Under the pieces are notes generated by a model. That model worked only from the letters and a program-made list of their open reading frames with translations. It was not told the origin of the DNA and searched no databases. The translations under genes and the position numbers were made by a program. This document shows, piece after piece, positions 18,665-29,351 of a stretch of 52,438 nucleotides of DNA. The DNA is from a virus. Taxonomy: Duplodnaviria > Caudoviricetes. The stretch's first letter is position 1, and each line of letters begins with the position of its first letter. The stretch spans positions 1-52,438 of the IMG/VR virus record IMGVR_UViG_3300023179_000147, one strand, 5' to 3'.

Positions 18665-21600
18665 TTATTCCTTCTTTGGTTCGAACTTTGGTGCGAAATG
18701 CCCAACCTTGTAAATGGGAGCTCTATTGTACCCAAGGTGGTCAAGACCAGGAGTAATATCATGGAACGGCGAGAAGCTAATTGACACTTTGCACATCATA
18801 GGCGCTCTCTTGCCCGTGACTTCTGCGTCATTTATCGCCGGGCCCCACCGTTGAGATCCAAACCACTCAAACCCGAGGGATTCAATGAAACCCGGGAGAC
18901 CTCTGCCCCCAGAAGATTCGAACGACTTGACGATTGTGTTGTTAGATGGTTTCATGAATTGATCGGCGTTAGTGTTATATTCGCTGCTTCCAGTTACCTG
19001 ATTTACAATTTTGTCTATAGCATTTTTTCTTGTATTTGCATCCTCTTTTATCTTAGCGTCAATTTTATTTTTTGTTATGACCGACAGCTCACACATCGTC
19101 TGCAATTTGGAGTCAGATACCTGCCACAGCTTACTTTCGTAGTCGGGATTTTGAGCTCTTGCGTCTCTTAGCAATTTCCCAAAGTCCTCAGGGTTGGCCT
19201 GGTGAGCAGGAATGCGTTCTTCAGGACCTCTGGCTTTATATACAAAGTTGAACAAGTTGGCGCCATCCTTGTAGGATCTGGTGCCGTCAAGTTCAATACA
19301 ATAAACTGGATCACTAGTGAGCCAACGAGCTCCGGGGCCGAACGAAATGTCTTGTCTTATTTTTGCCTCGTCGACGGGTGCGACACCTGCCAGATCTTCT
19401 GATAGTTTTTTACTTCCGAATATAGTGTCTTTGTATCCATACCCAAATATTCTTGCTAAATCATATCTTGAATAGTTTGACGTAATGAGGTCCCCTATTC
19501 TCACTCGAACAAGAGGGGCAGCTGATATCGTTTGACTGAAGGGAGCATACAATTTATACGCTCCTGTTGAATCATGCAAATCGCGACCTTGTGTGAATTG
19601 TGGGTACACTAATGTAGTAAGTTTATTGATTTTTGTCCAAAGCGTGTCAAAATCAAGTTTGCTTGTAGCAACAATGAAGAATGAAAAATCAAGTTTTCTA
19701 GTCGTGCCCTTGTAAGTTTTTATGGGTTCGACGCGACCAAAAGCCTCAGTTGAATCATAACTTGCAGCGTAAGATTCAGTCAATCCATCAAGAAACGCGT
19801 GAAAACTGAGAATTTCGTTAGTCCTGACGTCATGAATATAAAATGGCATGTATTCAGCGTCAAGTTGCGTTTCAAATGTCTCTCTGTCACCTTGACTTAT
19901 TCTACCAGATTCAGCACTTGTCTCGTCTTTTATACTTGGGCGATTGGAAAGCGATAATCTACCAGGGTCTTTCAATATAGATTCATCGTCAGGAACACCC
20001 CACCCATCATTATTTTTTGCTCTTGTTTTTGTTTTTTTGATGAGATCAGGTTCAAGATATAGGTCGGGAGCAGTCCATGAAGACCATCCCAAGTCCGTTA
20101 TTTTTTTACCATCACCCTTATACAAACGATTCATCATGGATCGACTGCCGTTTTTGGGAGTAGAGTCAAGAACCGTTATGAATCTAATTCCGCCACCGCG
20201 GCTCAATGCATCAGGTTCATCTTCTGTCGGTGTACCGCCGCGGGCCAACTTATCGCCGTTTAAAAGTGTGTCTCCCAACCTGCAAAATACATCGACCACT
20301 CGAATAAATCGAGCTTCACGTAGCGTAAGGAGAAACGTCAATATGCCCTGTATCCCACCCACAGGATTATCAGCAGCAAAAGTCTTTGCGATTCGCGCTA
20401 TGTCTTCCCCCATCTTGATGAAAGAATTGACGACTGATCGTGCGACTACGACATAGTACCCAGGCGTCTGCGCGATCGTCAATAGAGCTTCACCCGCTTC
20501 TTTTAGAGAATTAGCGTCTTTACCTTGCTCAGTAACACCAAAAAAAGCTAGAGAACCACGCGCTAAACATGCGTCGGTGGGATTCGCAGTCCTGCTCAAT
20601 CCCAAAAAACTCCAAAGTCCAATTTTGTGTGATATCAAAGCCTTGATTATTCCAGCAAATGTGCTGTAATCTGCATTGGGATCCGCAATGCTACGACCGT
20701 ACGGTCTTCTACCCAGTGTATCTTCGGCTTCTTCCCACACTGTCACATTTTGCTTTGCGTCGGCGGGCTTCGCTTGATTTCCGTTGCCGAACTGTAGCAG
20801 TGCGTAGAATAAAAAAAGCAGAAGGCTCAAGGCAATGACCAAAGCGATTGCGAGAAGGATCATGCCGAGATTCGACATGCCGTAACCACCGAATGGATCA
20901 AGTGGGTTATTGTACGACCCATAGGAGTGAGCAGACGGATCGATCAAGTTATTGATATCGAGATCCTGATTGACCTGTTTAAGCGCAGCCTCAGCAGACA
21001 TGTCTCCTTGATCAAGCGCGACGTGTGATACTCCAAGCTGTGCAAGACCTGGGAGCAAAGCAAACGCGCTCGCGGTGCCGCCCGCAGGGTTAACTTCAGA
21101 AGCCGCAGTGGGTTCACCTGATGCACGAGACCCAAGAGCAATACCCACCTGAGCCAACATGCCGGGTGAAACGTCGCGAGCGTCCTCGGGACCAAGACTC
21201 TGTCCCATGGGATACTTGCGAGCGTAAGTCTTTGCGTTAAAGGCATGGATGCGAGCCTCTGAATCATCAAGCGACGATGGGAAGGGTTTGTCAGGGCTGA
21301 ATCTATTGTTGATGAGTGATTGACTATAGACGGTGTAAGGTGTGTTGGGTGTACGTTGACTAGCTTGTATTGGGGGTAACTTTCCACCTCCCACCGAAGG
21401 ATTCAGGTTGGCCGATTCTAATTGCGACGGATGAGCACCTTGCAATAATCCATTGGGGTCCTTCAATACGCTGTCGTTGAAGCTGTAACTCGCCCCACCC
21501 AGCGCAGTTACTTGTGACCTGCCCGACAAGGTTGTGTTGCTAAGAAAGCGTTTATCAGGAGTGTTGACGTTCGCAGACAACCTCGTCGACAGGTAGCTGC

Positions 21601-22921
21601 CGATGGTCGCTTTATTCCCGTCTGTAATGTCAGCCTGTGCGACTTGAGGTGGTATCTGTGATGGATCGCGTAAGTCGAGATTAATCTGTGGGGGTGGATT
21701 GACCTTATCATCAAGTAATTTTGTTGGATTTTTCTTGCTATCACCGGGCTTATACTTGTCGGTCGACGCCTGCTCGAATCCGTCGAAGTAATCAGCGATC
21801 GGACCCGCAACCAAATTCGTGATATTGACGGTACCGCGATCGGGCGGAGTCTGATATGCTTTGTTTGGGTCTGCAGCACGCTGCAGAAGTTGATTACCGT
21901 CGACCTGTGTGTTAGGATTCGTTTTCTCTTGCCGGCCGCGAAGTAAATTTCCCAATTTCCACGACGCGTTTGAGCGGCCCGTACCGAGGTTAGAAAAGTG
22001 TTCTTGACCCGGGTGGGAAGCTTCGACTGGGGTGGGTGGAGTGGGATATCCCTTATCATTTTCAAGCTTGATGGTGGTCGGCACCGTGTTGGGTGGACTA
22101 TCGACGGGATACACATTCGTGACGGAGGAAGGACCCTCTTCACCACGTGTGATCTTGCCGAGGTAGGTCGCCAAGGTCACCTTTGTAGAATCCGCTATGT
22201 CGTTCCTGACGTCGGGATGTGGTGTGGAGAGCGGCAGGTTGCGATTGGGAGGCGTGCCCTTTGATCCGTCGAGGAATGGGACGGGATCTGCTTCAGTGCC
22301 ACCGGGTGTATACGCACTGTTCTTGAATCCGCCGAGACCATCGAAATATCTGCCGACTGCTCCGCCCTTCTTCAGGGGTCGTTTGGTCAGCGTGCCGTCA
22401 GAGCTAAAGTCTATGTTTAGATCGACTGCTTCGGGTAGCAACCGGTGGCCATCGACCTGGTCGCTGCCGATGGGGCCGGTGCGATCTAACTTGAGTTTAT
22501 CGACGTTTCTCGTGTTGCTATATTGATTTAAGCTTATGTCGGCATAGTGTGGTTGAGTGTCGGGCCCAGTCCCATAGTCGGTCTTCAGCCCCACGGTGTA
22601 TCCGTCCTTCTCAAGCGAGACAGAGGTGACGGGTGTGGTGTTGCTCTTGTGGGCAACGGGGTACGCATTGGGCTTCGTTGCCGCCCCAGCCTGCCCTAGA
22701 GTTACCTTGCTGAGGTAAGAACCGAGTGTGGCCTTGTTGCTATTCGACAGGTCCCTTTGGGTCTTATCGACTGCAACCTGGCCAGGTGACCAATTCTCGG
22801 TGGGGGTAGAGGGGGTGCTAGTGTCAGGAGACGGCACCACCTCGATCGTGTGAAGCTTGCCGTCGTCCGCAGGAAATCCTCCGGTGCCTGTATCGATTGG
22901 TTGTCCTGGGTCGTTTGCCAT
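18665..22921 (-). CDS. Large baseplate/tube-initiator-like protein (gp48-like C-terminal domain) with N-terminal repeats and a TM segment
   Basis: C-terminal SFHAFLDGLTESY..GRVEPIKTYKGTTRKLDFSF..KINKL..VYP..PLVRVRIGD..GFIESL; lies between tape measure and gp53-like genes. Confidence 0.65.
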   Translation of the reverse strand: MANDPGQPIDTGTGGFPADDGKLHTIEVVPSPDTSTPSTPTENWSPGQVAVDKTQRDLSNSNKATLGSYLSKVTLGQAGAATKPNAYPVAHKSNTTPVTSVSLEKDGYTVGLKTDYGTGPDTQPHYADISLNQYSNTRNVDKLKLDRTGPIGSDQVDGHRLLPEAVDLNIDFSSDGTLTKRPLKKGGAVGRYFDGLGGFKNSAYTPGGTEADPVPFLDGSKGTPPNRNLPLSTPHPDVRNDIADSTKVTLATYLGKITRGEEGPSSVTNVYPVDSPPNTVPTTIKLENDKGYPTPPTPVEASHPGQEHFSNLGTGRSNASWKLGNLLRGRQEKTNPNTQVDGNQLLQRAADPNKAYQTPPDRGTVNITNLVAGPIADYFDGFEQASTDKYKPGDSKKNPTKLLDDKVNPPPQINLDLRDPSQIPPQVAQADITDGNKATIGSYLSTRLSANVNTPDKRFLSNTTLSGRSQVTALGGASYSFNDSVLKDPNGLLQGAHPSQLESANLNPSVGGGKLPPIQASQRTPNTPYTVYSQSLINNRFSPDKPFPSSLDDSEARIHAFNAKTYARKYPMGQSLGPEDARDVSPGMLAQVGIALGSRASGEPTAASEVNPAGGTASAFALLPGLAQLGVSHVALDQGDMSAEAALKQVNQDLDINNLIDPSAHSYGSYNNPLDPFGGYGMSNLGMILLAIALVIALSLLLFLFYALLQFGNGNQAKPADAKQNVTVWEEAEDTLGRRPYGRSIADPNADYSTFAGIIKALISHKIGLWSFLGLSRTANPTDACLARGSLAFFGVTEQGKDANSLKEAGEALLTIAQTPGYYVVVARSVVNSFIKMGEDIARIAKTFAADNPVGGIQGILTFLLTLREARFIRVVDVFCRLGDTLLNGDKLARGGTPTEDEPDALSRGGGIRFITVLDSTPKNGSRSMMNRLYKGDGKKITDLGWSSWTAPDLYLEPDLIKKTKTRAKNNDGWGVPDDESILKDPGRLSLSNRPSIKDETSAESGRISQGDRETFETQLDAEYMPFYIHDVRTNEILSFHAFLDGLTESYAASYDSTEAFGRVEPIKTYKGTTRKLDFSFFIVATSKLDFDTLWTKINKLTTLVYPQFTQGRDLHDSTGAYKLYAPFSQTISAAPLVRVRIGDLITSNYSRYDLARIFGYGYKDTIFGSKKLSEDLAGVAPVDEAKIRQDISFGPGARWLTSDPVYCIELDGTRSYKDGANLFNFVYKARGPEERIPAHQANPEDFGKLLRDARAQNPDYESKLWQVSDSKLQTMCELSVITKNKIDAKIKEDANTRKNAIDKIVNQVTGSSEYNTNADQFMKPSNNTIVKSFESSGGRGLPGFIESLGFEWFGSQRWGPAINDAEVTGKRAPMMCKVSISFSPFHDITPGLDHLGYNRAPIYKVGHFAPKFEPKKE
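21580..22760 (-). repeat. Degenerate ~185-190-aa protein repeats (2 full + 1 partial)
   Basis: DLSNSNKATLGSYLS / DIADSTKVTLATYLG / DITDGNKATIGSYLS at 552- and 570-nt spacing; NAYPV/NVYPV, QVDGHRLL/QVDGNQLL and RYFDG/DYFDG are also repeated. Confidence 0.8.
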
Positions 22922-22922
22922 A

Positions 22923-23183
22923 TTATGTGGTGGGCGGATCAACGCTGCCGCTGTTATCGTTAATTAGCTTCTTCTCCAACTCTAGGAACGCATTCTTTAC
23001 TGTGTTGGGATCCTTCTGCAAGGCAGGCGCAATGCCCTTGTAGAAGCTGTCGTATGCTCTCATCAGGAATTCTTCAGTGTGAGCTTTGATCGACCGACGC
23101 TCTTTTTCGTCCGACGCTAGAGAGAGCACAGTCTTGAACTGCGGATGGGAGTTGAGTTGCTCGATTAGTTTCTTCTTGTCCAT
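22923..23183 (-). CDS. Hypothetical protein
   Basis: 86-aa ORF with GGAGG SD, tightly packed between tail genes. Confidence 0.7.
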   Translation of the reverse strand: MDKKKLIEQLNSHPQFKTVLSLASDEKERRSIKAHTEEFLMRAYDSFYKGIAPALQKDPNTVKNAFLELEKKLINDNSGSVDPPTT

Positions 23184-23205
23184 GGTTGCCTCCGCACATC
23201 ATACA

Positions 23206-26200
23206 TCAAGTACCCTTACTTGCTGCAACTAATGTTTGATTCCTGCTCTTGTCTCTGCTGATCTTTTCTGAGTCAGTGAGCCCAACGTGATCGGCGACGT
23301 TGTTGATGCGATCACGAATGATAGAGTTAGTGCGAGAAACGAGAGATTTTTCAAGATCGTTCGCATCCATGTAGACGTCCAAGTTGACCGTGATCACGAT
23401 CTCACGAGACTTGATGGTGTACGTACCGCTCTTGCCCAGCCCCAATCCACCCGCCAACGATTGCAGACGAGTTTCGAGGTTGATAGACTTGAGCTGTTTG
23501 ATCGAATCTTCGACCTGTTGAACAGTCGACACCATGTTTTGAATTCTGCTAATTGCTTCTGCAGAATTCATGTCACCCATGGTGGCAATCCAGTCCATCG
23601 TTGACATGATGCTGTCTTGCAAGTAGACGATATCTTCAAGAGAAGCAGCCAGCATGTCAGCCTGTGACCCCTCTCCGAAGAAAGAATAGATCGAAGTAGC
23701 GGGACCCTTGAGATCTAGGACAGCCTCTATCATGCCTCCAACTGCAGTCGCAGCTTTTTCAACACCCTTCGATGCTGTGTCCCCCTTGAACCCTGCTACT
23801 ACTTCAGCGATCTTGCCGACGGCCTTGGTAACATGGTCGATGCTGTACGCTTTGGAGACTATGTCGTCGGTCCCTGCGAGAGCTTGAGTGATGTGTATCA
23901 ATTGTTCAAGCGGGATAAGGAACAAATCTTTAGCACCGGATCCATGCTTCGAGATGCCATCTAACGATGTGTAGATCTTGTTGATGGCATCACCCATCGC
24001 CTCTATCATCTTTGCTAGCCTGTTCAGCGGGTCGGCGCCGTCGAAATTTCCCAGAAATTTCGAAATATCTTTCACAGCGTCTATGACTTGTGAAATGCTG
24101 TAACCCCCCTTATACTCCCAACCTGCCAATGTTGCAGTAATGTGTATGAGGTGTCCAAGTGGGCCAAGGAATATGTCCGTGGCGTTGAACCCACCTTTGG
24201 ATATGGGGTCGAGTGCGTCCATCACTGCCTTGATCGAAGCTCCAACACCGTTCAATATCTTTGCCAATTTTTCGATGGCGGTCGCATCGACACCCGTCAT
24301 CATACCGGTGATGATCTTTAGTGAATCAAACACGGGCTTGATCGAGTATCCACCACCCCACGTCTGCCCAGATAGGGCGTACAGTATTCCCTGCATGTGC
24401 CCGAATACTTCAAGGAATGCATTGGTCGAGCCCTTTGATCCAGGATCAGGAATCTCAGCAATTTCCTTGATCATGCCTGGGATCAATTTCACGACGTCGA
24501 GAATCTTGCCGAAGGTCTCGAGCTTCTGTCTAAACTCTCCGCCTGCAGGTACGTCCTTAACTATCGCTATGATAGACTTCATCAATTCAGGGACAGTCTT
24601 TTGCATGCCCCGCAGAGTTTCGTTCAGGTCGGGGAAGGTATTGGTTATTTGGACAGTCGAATTTGTGACGTTTTGAACCTGGGCAGGCTTGACGTCTTTG
24701 AGTGAAGGTGACAGAGCAGAAACCAAAGTTGCGATCGTCTTGAAGATGTCTCCGACGAGTTGTACTCCCTTCAAGCCTTCAGGTGACAATTTCGAAAGAT
24801 CTTTGCCCACTGCGCTAATCGACGTTATCATGGGACCAAGGTTGTTCTGGATGGCACCAAGGACGGTCGTGATATACGCTCCAAGGCTTGTCACTGCGTC
24901 TGAATCGATTCCCTCAGAGGTGGCTGCAGCAGAAGCAAATGCATAACTTCCACTCTTCGACATGGTCTTCTTGAATTTGCTCATGTCGGGAATGACAGCC
25001 TGCATCAACGATCCGATCGCCTGGAATATCGACGCAATTGCGGGACCTGACTTGTCGAGGCCCTTTACGTCTCCCAGTTGCATAGCAACATCCTTGATCT
25101 TATCAATGAGTGGGATTATTGACTTGAGCAGGACACCCATGTAAGCTGTTGCACCATCGAAAGCTGCCTTGATGTTGGCTTCTTTGTTGCCCCTGAGGGA
25201 ATCGATCCAGGTGCCTGCGCTGCTGGATAGACCACCCACGGACTTCCCTACAGCGTCCATCATGCTCGCTATAGCTTGCATGACTGACGCAAATGCTTTT
25301 AGGGGCTCGATTTTATCGGGAGACAGAACTCTCAGGGATTCGATGAGTTGACGAACAATTGCGTTGATACCACCTTTGCCGTCAGATCCATTCAACAACT
25401 CCTTTATCATTCCAGTCACAGAATTGATTTGGGCTGTTTTCGCTTCTGCGGAGTCCGTCCAGCCGAAATCCATCGCCTTGAGGATGTCGCCGACCTTGCC
25501 CATCATGTTGGCGATTGCATCGATGATCGCTGCGAATGCTAATGATTTTGCTAAAACAGCAGCGGGACTCTCTTTGATCGTGGCCAGCTGCGCCATGACC
25601 CCTACAGCGGTGGCTGCCATAGCTTCGATTACGACCATCATCGCAGCAAGACCGGCTAGAGCAAATGCTCCCGCGATACCTGCTGAGGAAACGATGGCAG
25701 CTCCGACTAAGGTTGCAATCGTAATGACGACTCCTGCTTTCATGAATACATTTGCCATGGTATCAAGCACTGACGCACCAGCAAGCATTGCAGTCGGACT
25801 AATCAATCTCGTCAGAATGCCCATGACAGCAGCGGTCTGGACCATCGCGAGAATGATCACACCTATCGCTATCATGCCGGGGATGATGAATTCTTCCGCC
25901 GCCTCAGCCTCGACGCCGACGAGCGCCAGAACTGTGACTATCGCACCAGCTGCGAGGAAGACAGGAATCATTTCAAGCATCAGCAGACCTGTTTTTTTGA
26001 TGTCTTCGAATGAAGGTGCGATCAACTTTATGGCCGCGACGCCAAGCAAGAAAACATAAAGACCTTCAAGCATGATGGCGCCGATTGCAACAACAGCCTT
26101 TATGAGGCCCGCGGTGTCGACTTTGTCTAACTTAGCATCACCGACGCTCTTAACAAACATGCCTGCAGGCAACAACATGGCTGCGACCGCGGCGAACACA

Positions 26201-28725
26201 AATGTTGCTTTGCCGATATCTTCTATGCTGACACCCTCGACGACCTTAAGTGCCGCGGCAAATGCCAACAGACCCACACCAAAGACCATCGCAAGTCCCG
26301 CCATAAATTTCGTAAGACCACCCCAGTCTACTTTTGAACGGGCAGCTGTCTCCATGTTGGTGATCGTGTCGCTGTCAGGAATCGCCGAATTCATCATGCC
26401 GGCAGGGTTTTGTGTCAGGTTACCTGCCTTTTGGGCTGTCGCCATCGACTTGTTGACGTTGTCCATCAAGCCGCCGAATGTCTTACCACCATCTTGCCGT
26501 GCAGCGGCTGCAGTGCCCTTGCCGAGGCCCCCGAAAATTAATTGACCCGCAGCTTTGAATAGACCTGCAGAGGCAGCACCTGCTAGGGCACCCAGTATCG
26601 ATGGAAGCAGCACAGCAGCTATTGCAACGCCGATGACCTTGTGCCCAGTTGGAGTGTTGATCGCTTCTTTGAATTTCTCCCACAGGACACTTGCAAGTTT
26701 CTTGATAGCTGGCCACAATTTATCTATAAGCGCATCAAGGGACTTTTGGAATGGGCCGGCTATTGCACCCGTCATGCCACCTGTGTTGACAGATGGGAAT
26801 TTGGGATTTTGGATCCAGTCAGCAATTGAATCAATAATGACTGCAAGCTTCTTGATGACCCACTCTGACAATTTAGCAAATATTTCAGATACTGCCTTGC
26901 CGAATTCTTTGAAACCCTCAAGGACTTTTTTGCCGCCGGGTTTCCCACTATCGAAGAACTGCAAGAAGACGTCCTTGATCTCCTTAAAGAAATCATCCAT
27001 CTTCCCGGTGCCGCCCTTCTTGAACACGTCAAAGGCCTTAAGAATACCTCCAAACATCTTGTCAAAGCGCTTTGGATCGAACATGTCTCCAAGACCGTCA
27101 AACACTTTTTTGACTCCCGGGAACAAATCGACAAACATCTTACCTAGCTTGACGCCAAACCAGTATGCTTTCTGCAGCACCTGGGACATATTTTGCATGA
27201 TTCTTCTAAATTCTTGTGTATTCTGGATACCTGCGCCGATGCCCTTTGTGATCGACTCGAAGATGGATTTACCGGGGGCATCACCACCGGGTGTCAACCG
27301 CTTGATTGAATCTGCCAGTTCATGCATTGCATCGGACTGTGACAGAGTCTTCTGCTCATTTTTGCCTGCTTCAGCATTGATCTTGTCGAATGACACGCCC
27401 GCATTCTTAGCTGAGAATGCAGCATCCAGCATTGCATCGTCTGCGCCGTAGGTCGACTTGATGAACTGACGGGTCTGGAAGTCCATTTTGGACATGTCCT
27501 TACCCGCAGCCCTAAAAGCGTCCCTGAGTATGTCGATTTTCTTGGCTGGGTTTTGCTCCATCATTAGAGCCGTCTGATCAATGTTCACACCGAACTGCTC
27601 ACCCAATTTTGAGGCTGCTTCAGCAGCACCCTCAAACGTTGATGTTTGGTCCATTGCTCCCGTCAACTTGTCGATTGAAACACCTAACTTGGCAGCGTAC
27701 GTCGCCGCGGCGGCCATCTCTTTATTTCCAAGTTGCCCAAAGTGCGCAACGTCTTTCAATGCAGCGCCCATGTTACGAGAGATTACTTTTGCGTTGACAC
27801 CGAACGCCTTCGACATGCCGAGTGCTTGCTTCGTAATGTCATTCTCAATCTCGGTGATGCTCTTGCCCGTACGCATGGCGGCGTATCCCAGGCTCTCAAA
27901 TTGATCTTCAGAGAAGCCCAAGCCCTTGGCGTAACGCATCATCGCTTCGCCGTTCTGTGCAATCTCGCCTTGGAATACCTGGAAAGTGGCGCCTGCGCCC
28001 TTGGCAACCTCGTTCACGGCCTTTATTCGCTCTGCTGCATTACCCCAGATTTGATATGCAGACACACCGGTGTCGTTGAATTTGTCCATGTCATTGGCGA
28101 CACCGAGGACAGTGCGCGAAGACTCTGAACTCAATGATCCAAATTGATCACGCACTTCTTCGACCGCGGCTGCTAAGGCGTTGTCGCCCCCGCGAGCAGC
28201 CATGCTAAAGAGGCCGGTGATCATCTTGAACGGAATAGCGACGATCGATTTTGTCAGTTCAAACGCACCTGAAGCGACAGACTTGAAGAAACCAATCCCT
28301 GCTTTTGTCAACGCCTTGAGGTTTCGAAGGCCCTGCAAAAATCCTGTTAGAGCACCCTGTGCGACGAGAAGAGCTTTTGTATAGTCTTTCTTAGTCGCTT
28401 CTGCTGCTTGTTTAGTTGCGACCGCGGCGCCCTTTGTAGCATCAGTAGACTTTTTAACAGATTCAGCTGTCTTATCCCAATTCTCTGGGGCGAGAGCGTT
28501 GTTGGTAGGGTTGCACATACTCTCCATGTCCTTGTTGATCTGGGACATGGCGTCTCGAAGTTGCGTGATGACCTTGAGCTGATCTTCAAAGGACGCTGTG
28601 ACGGCCCGAGCAGCATCTCGGGTCGAAGCCATCTGTTTTGCTAACGCTTCGGCTACTTTTGGATCAGGGTTATTACCTGACCCTCCGCCACCTCCGCCTG
28701 GTCCTCCTCCGCCTGGTGCAGCCAT
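23206..28725 (-). CDS. Tape measure protein
   Basis: 1839 aa, Ala/Gly-rich helical, central multi-pass hydrophobic region, downstream of the chaperone and tube genes. Confidence 0.88.
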   Translation of the reverse strand: MAAPGGGGPGGGGGGSGNNPDPKVAEALAKQMASTRDAARAVTASFEDQLKVITQLRDAMSQINKDMESMCNPTNNALAPENWDKTAESVKKSTDATKGAAVATKQAAEATKKDYTKALLVAQGALTGFLQGLRNLKALTKAGIGFFKSVASGAFELTKSIVAIPFKMITGLFSMAARGGDNALAAAVEEVRDQFGSLSSESSRTVLGVANDMDKFNDTGVSAYQIWGNAAERIKAVNEVAKGAGATFQVFQGEIAQNGEAMMRYAKGLGFSEDQFESLGYAAMRTGKSITEIENDITKQALGMSKAFGVNAKVISRNMGAALKDVAHFGQLGNKEMAAAATYAAKLGVSIDKLTGAMDQTSTFEGAAEAASKLGEQFGVNIDQTALMMEQNPAKKIDILRDAFRAAGKDMSKMDFQTRQFIKSTYGADDAMLDAAFSAKNAGVSFDKINAEAGKNEQKTLSQSDAMHELADSIKRLTPGGDAPGKSIFESITKGIGAGIQNTQEFRRIMQNMSQVLQKAYWFGVKLGKMFVDLFPGVKKVFDGLGDMFDPKRFDKMFGGILKAFDVFKKGGTGKMDDFFKEIKDVFLQFFDSGKPGGKKVLEGFKEFGKAVSEIFAKLSEWVIKKLAVIIDSIADWIQNPKFPSVNTGGMTGAIAGPFQKSLDALIDKLWPAIKKLASVLWEKFKEAINTPTGHKVIGVAIAAVLLPSILGALAGAASAGLFKAAGQLIFGGLGKGTAAAARQDGGKTFGGLMDNVNKSMATAQKAGNLTQNPAGMMNSAIPDSDTITNMETAARSKVDWGGLTKFMAGLAMVFGVGLLAFAAALKVVEGVSIEDIGKATFVFAAVAAMLLPAGMFVKSVGDAKLDKVDTAGLIKAVVAIGAIMLEGLYVFLLGVAAIKLIAPSFEDIKKTGLLMLEMIPVFLAAGAIVTVLALVGVEAEAAEEFIIPGMIAIGVIILAMVQTAAVMGILTRLISPTAMLAGASVLDTMANVFMKAGVVITIATLVGAAIVSSAGIAGAFALAGLAAMMVVIEAMAATAVGVMAQLATIKESPAAVLAKSLAFAAIIDAIANMMGKVGDILKAMDFGWTDSAEAKTAQINSVTGMIKELLNGSDGKGGINAIVRQLIESLRVLSPDKIEPLKAFASVMQAIASMMDAVGKSVGGLSSSAGTWIDSLRGNKEANIKAAFDGATAYMGVLLKSIIPLIDKIKDVAMQLGDVKGLDKSGPAIASIFQAIGSLMQAVIPDMSKFKKTMSKSGSYAFASAAATSEGIDSDAVTSLGAYITTVLGAIQNNLGPMITSISAVGKDLSKLSPEGLKGVQLVGDIFKTIATLVSALSPSLKDVKPAQVQNVTNSTVQITNTFPDLNETLRGMQKTVPELMKSIIAIVKDVPAGGEFRQKLETFGKILDVVKLIPGMIKEIAEIPDPGSKGSTNAFLEVFGHMQGILYALSGQTWGGGYSIKPVFDSLKIITGMMTGVDATAIEKLAKILNGVGASIKAVMDALDPISKGGFNATDIFLGPLGHLIHITATLAGWEYKGGYSISQVIDAVKDISKFLGNFDGADPLNRLAKMIEAMGDAINKIYTSLDGISKHGSGAKDLFLIPLEQLIHITQALAGTDDIVSKAYSIDHVTKAVGKIAEVVAGFKGDTASKGVEKAATAVGGMIEAVLDLKGPATSIYSFFGEGSQADMLAASLEDIVYLQDSIMSTMDWIATMGDMNSAEAISRIQNMVSTVQQVEDSIKQLKSINLETRLQSLAGGLGLGKSGTYTIKSREIVITVNLDVYMDANDLEKSLVSRTNSIIRDRINNVADHVGLTDSEKISRDKSRNQTLVAASKGT

Positions 28726-28736
28726 CTTTTATCCAA

Positions 28737-29027
28737 TCACAGGGGCCAGCGGACGCCCAGGACCCGCTCAAATTCTGAAGCTGACATTTGCTTAATACGC
28801 AGCTTATCAACAACACTCTGGACCGAAGCACCGGGTCTCTTCAGCTCGTCCTGGAAGCGACGAGATGCAGCCAGCGCATTGGCAAGCACGTCAATCTCAC
28901 GCTCTGAACCTCGAATCTTGGTATTGACCCATTTACCCACCAGCCATGACCCAAGGGCCGCTAGAAAAATCTTGCCAGTCAAGTTGAGATGTAATTCAGT
29001 CAATAAATCTTTTTTATCAGATGCCAT
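28737..29027 (-). CDS. Hypothetical protein
   Basis: 96-aa ORF with AGGAG SD; TTATTTA variant motif at 29046-29052. Confidence 0.7.
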   Translation of the reverse strand: MASDKKDLLTELHLNLTGKIFLAALGSWLVGKWVNTKIRGSEREIDVLANALAASRRFQDELKRPGASVQSVVDKLRIKQMSASEFERVLGVRWPL

Positions 29028-29078
29028 TGCTGCTCCTGCCTAGTGTAAATAAAGAACTGACAAGATTTTTGCCGCAAA

Positions 29079-29351
29079 TTATGTAAAGCGTCGCAATCTA
29101 GACGGAACTTGTGAGCGCGCGCGGCCCTGCATTGATCTCACGTCGGGGGTGTTTTGGTGGAGGGCACGGCTCTGAGTCGCACCCTCTTCATTAGTGCGAG
29201 TTAGCTCACGATTGATTCTCTCTATAAACCAACGCTTATATGAGACGGGCATGTTTTGAGTCTCTCGCCATGAGAACCCGCCGTAATACATAAGCAAAAA
29301 GGCGGGTTCTAGAACGAGCTGCTCTTTATCAGCCGGCGTTAGGCCAAAGAA
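29079..29351 (-). CDS. Tail/baseplate assembly chaperone second ORF (T4 gp51-like), probably reached by frameshift
   Basis: LMYYGGFSWRETQNMPVSYKRWFIERI resembles gp51/gpT-like chaperones. The frame is open back into the upstream gene (FFGLTPADKEQLVLEPAF) and the TTG/ATG has no SD. Confidence 0.7.
   Translation of the reverse strand, partial: FFGLTPADKEQLVLEPAFLLMYYGGFSWRETQNMPVSYKRWFIERINRELTRTNEEGATQSRALHQNTPDVRSMQGRARSQVPSRLRRFT

Noticed and set aside
18340-22921. Two neighbouring baseplate proteins both begin MANDP
   Set aside because: Similarity stops after five residues; cannot be distinguished from chance.
28670-28722. CCT/CCG-rich simple repeat
   Set aside because: It encodes the Gly-rich N-terminus of the tape measure protein; not a CRISPR or regulatory array.
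23287-28795. Long antisense ORFs over the tape measure gene (and similar ones over sheath, RNR and recA)
   Set aside because: Shadow frames caused by codon bias; no SD, promoter motif or recognisable domain.
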